DNA from: Candidatus Hadarchaeota archaeon
GTDB lineage: Archaea; Hadarchaeota; Hadarchaeia; Hadarchaeales; Hadarchaeaceae
DNA: 32,000 nt
Direction: 5' to 3'
NCBI GenBank assembly: GCA_964514965.1
Contig: CAZETV010000001.1
Span: 693,063 to 725,062, forward strand
Part shown: in pieces, positions 26,998 to 32,000 of the stretch
Layout: each line of letters opens with the position of its first letter
How positions within the stretch are numbered: position 1 is the stretch's first letter
The notes under the pieces: generated by a model
Seen by the model: only the letters and a program-made list of their open reading frames with translations
What the model was told of the DNA's origin: nothing
Databases searched by the model: none
Program-made: the position numbers and the translations under genes

Positions 26998-28302
26998 ATG
27001 GCGATGAACTTGGCGCTGCTTCACATCGGCATCGACGACACGGACTCGAAGCAGGGCATGTGCACAACATACGTTGGAGCTGTGGCTATCTACCGTCTAA
27101 AAGCCATAGATATCAAAATCGAGGGATATCCCAAATTAATCAGACTCAACCCAAATTGGAAATTAAAAACGAGAGGAAATTGCGCTATAGCTTTTACAGT
27201 TAAGGTACGAAAACATCAAATCCCAACTGTTAAAGGAATAATTCTCCGCACCGTTGAAGAACTGGCCGAACTCCACATCGAAACCACGAACCCTGGCGTT
27301 GTGTTTTATGAAAGTGAAAAGGTTCCCATAAAGCTGAGAAAATTCTCGAAGAAGATTGTGCAGGATATCGCAACGATTGAGGAAGCTGAAACCTTGGCGA
27401 TGGAAATCGGCGCGGAAGTGCACAAATTCAAGCTCGGGCGTGGTATCATAGGCGCTCTAGCTGCAATCGGTAACACCCTCAAGCGTGACTGGACGTTCGA
27501 ACTCATAGCGTACCGCACGCCAGAAAATCGAGGGACCCCGAGAAAAGTCGATGCTGCCTCAGTTGTTAGGATGAACAACCAAACTTTCCCAAAAACTTTC
27601 GACAATTTGGACCCTTTCACCGGAGAGTTCCGTATCACCCCACACACACCCTGCCCAATTCTCTACGGTATTCGTGGAGAGGACGCTAAAATCACGCTAA
27701 AATCTCATAAACTCGTGAAAGCCTTGGAATCCATCGAACGCTTCATTATTTACAAAACTAACCAAGGAACAGATGAACACCTCAGGCGAGCTAAAATCAC
27801 GGGGGTCAAACCCTATTGGTCGGTAATTGTCAAAGGTGAGGTGTCAAGCACGCCAAAAATTATTCCGGGAGGTCATGTTATTTTCAGCATGCGGGATAAA
27901 ACTGGAGAAATCGATTGCGCTGCCTACGAGCCTACCCGCCAGTTTCGCGACGTTGCAAAGAAGCTCATGGTCGGAGACAAAGTCGTTGCCCACGGTGGAG
28001 TTAAAGAGAAGCCCGAGCTACCTCTTACCATCAACTTGGAAAAACTTTCAATCCTAAAGCTTGTGCCGGTACTCCAAAAAGTTAATCCGACGTGCCCAAG
28101 CTGCGGCAAGCGGATGAAGTCTGAAGGAAAAGGCAAAGGATATTCGTGTAAACGGTGCAAGGTTAGGGTGCCAACCAACGCGGCAAAAATCTTGGAGGTA
28201 AAGAGGGAAATCGGAGTGGGGGCTTTCGAAGTTCCACCACGCGCCCGTAGACATCTAGCTCGGCCCCTCGTGCGGGTGGCATATCCAAGGAGAGAATATT
28301 GA
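26998..28302 (+). CDS. tiaS: tRNA(Ile2) 2-agmatinylcytidine synthetase
   Basis: HIGIDDTDSKQGMCTTYVG; OB-fold region; C-terminal zinc ribbon CPSCGKRM...CKRC. Confidence 0.92.
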   Translation: MAMNLALLHIGIDDTDSKQGMCTTYVGAVAIYRLKAIDIKIEGYPKLIRLNPNWKLKTRGNCAIAFTVKVRKHQIPTVKGIILRTVEELAELHIETTNPGVVFYESEKVPIKLRKFSKKIVQDIATIEEAETLAMEIGAEVHKFKLGRGIIGALAAIGNTLKRDWTFELIAYRTPENRGTPRKVDAASVVRMNNQTFPKTFDNLDPFTGEFRITPHTPCPILYGIRGEDAKITLKSHKLVKALESIERFIIYKTNQGTDEHLRRAKITGVKPYWSVIVKGEVSSTPKIIPGGHVIFSMRDKTGEIDCAAYEPTRQFRDVAKKLMVGDKVVAHGGVKEKPELPLTINLEKLSILKLVPVLQKVNPTCPSCGKRMKSEGKGKGYSCKRCKVRVPTNAAKILEVKREIGVGAFEVPPRARRHLARPLVRVAYPRREY

Positions 28303-29228
28303 TGGAAAAACGCGTCGAGCACATCGAGCTCAAACCTGAAATGCGGGTTGACGAACTCGTAGAGGAGATGGGCAAGTCGGGCGTCTTCAGTGCAGGAAGG
28401 GTCGCAAAGGCCGTTGAAATTTATCACGAGATGCTCAAGGCCGGGTCAACAATTTTCATGGGCGTTGGAGGCGCGATAATCCCTGGAGGTCTTCGCCGAG
28501 TTCTGACCAAAGCGATTAATGAAAAACTTGTCGACGTCATCGTCACCACTGGAGCGAACGTGACCCATGATCTTATCGAAGCATTCGGTGGCCACCATGC
28601 GCGGGGAGAGGCTCTAGTGGATGATGCTGGGTTACGCGAGCGAGGCATAAGCCGCATCTTCGATGTCTATGTCCCACAACAGATTTTCGAACTCTTCGAG
28701 GATAAGATTCAACCGATGTTCGATGAAGTCACGAAAAAGGGAGCGCGACTTTCATCGGCTGAACTCCTCCGAAGAATCGGGTCACACCTTGAGGATGAAA
28801 ATTCTTTCGTGAAAGCCGCCGCAACCAAAAATGTGCCTGTCTTCTGTCCGGCGATAGCGGACTCGATCCTCGGGCTTCAGGCGTGGCTTTACTCACAAGA
28901 ACACGAGCTGAACATCGATTGCCTGCGCGATGTGCATGAGATGGTTGATTTGGCAAGCGACGCGAAGAATCCGGCAGCGGTGTTGCTAGGCGGGGGTGTC
29001 TCAAAGAACTTCATTTTCCAGAGCATGTTACTCACGCCTAAATCTTTCAAATATGCAATTCAGATCACAATGGATCGCCCCGAGCACGGAGGGCTAAGCG
29101 GAGCAACCCTCGAAGAGGCAAAATCGTGGGGGAAAGTTACGCCAGATGCAAAACTCGTTACCGTGGTAGGCGACGTGACAGTTATCCTCCCCATGCTAGT
29201 CACTTCAGTACTTGGGAGAACCAAGTGA
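28299..29228 (+). CDS. dys: Deoxyhypusine synthase
   Basis: GVGGAIIPGGLRRV, VTTGANVTHDLIEAFGG, LLGGGVSKNFIFQS. Confidence 0.93.
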   Translation: MMEKRVEHIELKPEMRVDELVEEMGKSGVFSAGRVAKAVEIYHEMLKAGSTIFMGVGGAIIPGGLRRVLTKAINEKLVDVIVTTGANVTHDLIEAFGGHHARGEALVDDAGLRERGISRIFDVYVPQQIFELFEDKIQPMFDEVTKKGARLSSAELLRRIGSHLEDENSFVKAAATKNVPVFCPAIADSILGLQAWLYSQEHELNIDCLRDVHEMVDLASDAKNPAAVLLGGGVSKNFIFQSMLLTPKSFKYAIQITMDRPEHGGLSGATLEEAKSWGKVTPDAKLVTVVGDVTVILPMLVTSVLGRTK

Positions 29229-29773
29229 TGATCATCGGGCTTGACCTCGCCGGCGTTCCGAAGAACCCTAGCGGCTTTGCACGACTTTCGAACAGCGAAC
29301 TTCAGACTAGCTTGATTTACTCTGATGATGAAATCTTGGGACAATGTACGCGCTCGGATGCCAAGCTGGTTGCGATCGATGCCCCGCTTAGTCTGCCCCA
29401 GCAGGGAAACCTAAGACGGGCTGACATGCTACTCATTCAGCGCGGCTTCCGAGTCTTTCCGCCCACTTTCGCCGGCATGCTGTCGCTCACGGAGCGAGGT
29501 ATACGCCTCGCAGGCGCACTTCGAGCGAAAGGTCTTCGGGTAATAGAAATACACCCCCGGACTTCAGGCATGCTTCTCTTTAAAACTCATAATCGTCGTC
29601 GATGGATAGTCAAGCTTAATAAAAAGGGTATGAAATTGGAAGAAAACGCGAATAAACATGAAATCGACGCGACTCTAGCTGCGCTGACCGGTGCACTCCA
29701 CCTCAAGGGAAAAACTGAAGAAGTCGGCGAAATCAGCGAAGGAACTATAATCATTCCTCACGGGAAATTGTGA
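29228..29773 (+). CDS. DUF429-like predicted nuclease
   Basis: MIIGLDLAGVPKNPSGFA, AIDAPLSLP, RGFRVFPPTFAGM, EIHPRTSG, KHEIDATLAALTG; ATGA overlap with dys. Confidence 0.65.
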   Translation: MIIGLDLAGVPKNPSGFARLSNSELQTSLIYSDDEILGQCTRSDAKLVAIDAPLSLPQQGNLRRADMLLIQRGFRVFPPTFAGMLSLTERGIRLAGALRAKGLRVIEIHPRTSGMLLFKTHNRRRWIVKLNKKGMKLEENANKHEIDATLAALTGALHLKGKTEEVGEISEGTIIIPHGKL

Positions 29774-30647
29774 GTTCTCGGACTTGCGCCACGTTTTTAG
29801 AAATGGAAGAAATTGCAAACCCCGTTACATCCCCAATTTTTTTGAGAGGAACTTTTTCACCACTTGCTTCTGCTGCAAGGTAAAGTACGGCCGCTGAGAG
29901 TGAAAGTGGGTGCCTCGTCTGTTTGAATTTTTTGGGCAAAGAATGATAAAGTTCGTGAGCGTGCTTGATTATCTGTGTAGAAAATCCTAGTTGAACGGAG
30001 AAACGGTTGATGTAATCGTCAGTTGAAACGCGGGGCAATTTAAGCTTCAACTTTTGAGTGAAAAATTTTGTGAGCCGACGAAGATTACGTGAAGCCTCAT
30101 AGTTTCCTATGCCCAAACGGTCCGTAAGCGTGCGCGAAATTTCACCTTCTGTGCGCGGTAAACCCCTCATCCTGCATGCAATAAATGTAAGCGCAGCGAG
30201 AACTTGGTGAGTTTCTCTGCCGCTAGTCAACCTCGCTGCCCTAGCCCGCCGATAAAAAATGCTTATCTCGGCTTTGATCCCTTTAGGCAACGATAAGTCC
30301 TCACATAGCTTATCTAGCTCTATTAAAACCTCACGCAAACTTCGCTTTTCCCATGTGTTTGCGCGCGAGCGCTGCTGCCAGAGCCGCATCCGCCTCAGGC
30401 TGGCGCGCCAGCTTGGGGGGAGGTCCTTCGGGACACTGAACTTGCTCCCCAATCCAAAATCATGCTGCGTTACATCTATGCCCGCCGTAACGTCCGCGCG
30501 CTCCAATTCTTCCCCCGGCCTACTGCGCCATTCCGGCTTGAGTTCGAGCGAGTGTTCCATGAGCACGAGGCCACAGCGCGTACAGATGTGTTCCCCTCTA
30601 AGCGTGTCGTGTAGTACCGCTGAACTGCTGCATGAAGGGCAGCGCAT
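29751..30647 (-). CDS. tfb: Transcription initiation factor IIB (TFB)
   Basis: Zinc ribbon RCPSCSSSAVLHDTLRGEHICTRCGLVL; HDFGLGS; RMRLWQQRSR; two cyclin-like repeats. Confidence 0.9.
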   Translation of the reverse strand: MRCPSCSSSAVLHDTLRGEHICTRCGLVLMEHSLELKPEWRSRPGEELERADVTAGIDVTQHDFGLGSKFSVPKDLPPSWRASLRRMRLWQQRSRANTWEKRSLREVLIELDKLCEDLSLPKGIKAEISIFYRRARAARLTSGRETHQVLAALTFIACRMRGLPRTEGEISRTLTDRLGIGNYEASRNLRRLTKFFTQKLKLKLPRVSTDDYINRFSVQLGFSTQIIKHAHELYHSLPKKFKQTRHPLSLSAAVLYLAAEASGEKVPLKKIGDVTGFAISSISKNVAQVRELTISREE

Positions 30648-30666
30648 TTAAAAACCTCAAATCGCA

Positions 30667-31869
30667 CTACTTCAGAGCAAGTATTTTCTCAATCGTTTCT
30701 CGTCCAAAGATTCGGGAAATCTCCTCATCCTTCAACAAAGCTTCAAGCGGACCCTTAAGTTTGAACCCTGTGAACACATCGATGAAGGCCTGTTGGAGCT
30801 TGGGCTTGTCCTCTAGCGCACCCAGCAGCGCATCCATCCGCTGGTCTTGTGAAACACTCAATGAAGAGTGTAGGAGTTGCCCGGCCCTCAGTTCGGCACC
30901 AAACTCAGCTCGCCATTGCCGTTCATAATCGGCCAGCCCCTCTATCGAAACATCGCCCTCGGTAATCGCGTTGATTGCTACCTTGCCTGCAATCTCTCCG
31001 CAGCGCAACGCGTAACGAAGTCCTTGCCCCGATAACGCATAGATTTGGCCAGCCGCACTTCCAGCTGCGATTATCCCGCCTGCGCATGTCTGGTTCAATG
31101 GCCCCTCAAGGGGAAGCTGACCACGGAATGCAGCCACCGGCGCCGCTCGCTCGAGTCTAGGCATGCCACGTCGCCCTATGAACTCGTCTAAAGCGGCATC
31201 CGGATGGATACGCACTCCTTGAACCCCCGTCATCGCGAAGCGCTTGCCGAAGGGATAAACCCAAGCGTGCCCGAGTGGGGCGAAGTATGAAGTAAAAAAC
31301 AGATCCATACTTTGATCGTTTGTCACGTTCCCCATCAGATACTCGTTGCTTAGCGCGAGCAGCTCACGCTTCCAATCCCGCTTCAGCACCTTCCTGAGCA
31401 ACAAACTCGACCACTCGCCTCGGGCGCCCGTAGCGTCTATTATTATTTCGCTCTCGATTTGCTCGGCCCAATCTCCAGCTTCGACGTGCACCCCCCGTAC
31501 GGCATCCCCCTTCAACAAAAGTTCCTTGACAGGGGAACTCACCCATAACTCGGCGCCGCTCGCTACGGCCTCTGCGGCTAGGAGCTTGTCAAACAGGCGC
31601 CGATCAACGATGACGCCGAAGTCCCCCTTTGCCGAGAGCTCCTTGTGGGGCGAGTGAAGCCTTATTTCTTTCACGTTCGCGACAATCGATTTTTTCAGTG
31701 GGGGTATTATGAAATCGGCTGGCGCCCAAGTAGCGGATTGAGCCTGTCCACCTATCTGGGCTTGCAGCTCAAGCAGCAGCACTTTTCCCCCCTCAGCCGC
31801 CGCCACCCTCGCTGCGGCCAATCCAGCTGGACCACCCCCAGCCACAACTACATCATATCTTTCAACCAT
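30667..31869 (-). CDS. Geranylgeranyl reductase family FAD-dependent oxidoreductase
   Basis: YDVVVAGGGPAGLAAARVAAAEGGKVLLLE (Rossmann FAD motif); CAGGIIAAGSAAGQIYALSGQGLRYALRCGEIAG. Confidence 0.8.
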   Translation of the reverse strand: MVERYDVVVAGGGPAGLAAARVAAAEGGKVLLLELQAQIGGQAQSATWAPADFIIPPLKKSIVANVKEIRLHSPHKELSAKGDFGVIVDRRLFDKLLAAEAVASGAELWVSSPVKELLLKGDAVRGVHVEAGDWAEQIESEIIIDATGARGEWSSLLLRKVLKRDWKRELLALSNEYLMGNVTNDQSMDLFFTSYFAPLGHAWVYPFGKRFAMTGVQGVRIHPDAALDEFIGRRGMPRLERAAPVAAFRGQLPLEGPLNQTCAGGIIAAGSAAGQIYALSGQGLRYALRCGEIAGKVAINAITEGDVSIEGLADYERQWRAEFGAELRAGQLLHSSLSVSQDQRMDALLGALEDKPKLQQAFIDVFTGFKLKGPLEALLKDEEISRIFGRETIEKILALK

Positions 31870-31951
31870 TTGTCTCCCTCCATCCTTTAGTTATTAGTTA
31901 TTTATTAGATGGAAAATGTTTCACTAAAGACTGTTTGGATTTGCGTAGCGT

Positions 31952-32000
31952 ATGCTCAAGAAAGACCTCGAAAAGAAACAGATTTTTGAGAAAGATGGTT
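31952..32000 (+). CDS. Possible 5' end of a CDS truncated by the window end
   Basis: ATG followed by LKKDLEKKQIFEKDG, open to the window end; very short. Confidence 0.2.
   Translation, partial: MLKKDLEKKQIFEKDG

Overview
This 32 kb window is gene-dense chromosomal DNA from an archaeon (TFB, TiaS, deoxyhypusine synthase, SepCysS and archaeal-type ArgS are present). All assignments come from reading the translations; no database search was run. Recognisable blocks, left to right: a 3'-truncated DUF169-like fragment and SepCysS (tRNA-dependent Cys synthesis); a broken DUF483-like gene; an orphan secreted glycosidase-like protein; a sulfur/ubiquitin-like cluster (threonine-synthase-family PLP enzyme, CysO-like ubiquitin-fold/MoeB-type E1 fusion, TusA-like protein, convergent JAMM protease); EngB-like GTPase; Acr3-ArsR arsenic operon; a MoaD-like protein lacking the C-terminal GG; a seven-gene arginine run argG-argH-argC-argJ-argB-argD-argF; HAD hydrolase; DUF4443 regulator; DUF4430 + membrane protein pair; a tiny unannotated L41e-like ribosomal protein next to a HemK-like methyltransferase; M29-type aminopeptidase; PAC2; UPF0282; ArgS; tiaS-dys-DUF429; TFB; and a geranylgeranyl-reductase-family flavoprotein. 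The most interesting system is the PLP enzyme / CysO-E1 fusion / TusA / JAMM cluster. It looks like an archaeal version of the protein-thiocarboxylate route to cysteine or homocysteine, with the Ubl diglycine buried inside a fusion protein. No CRISPR array, transposon, rRNA or convincing tRNA was seen.
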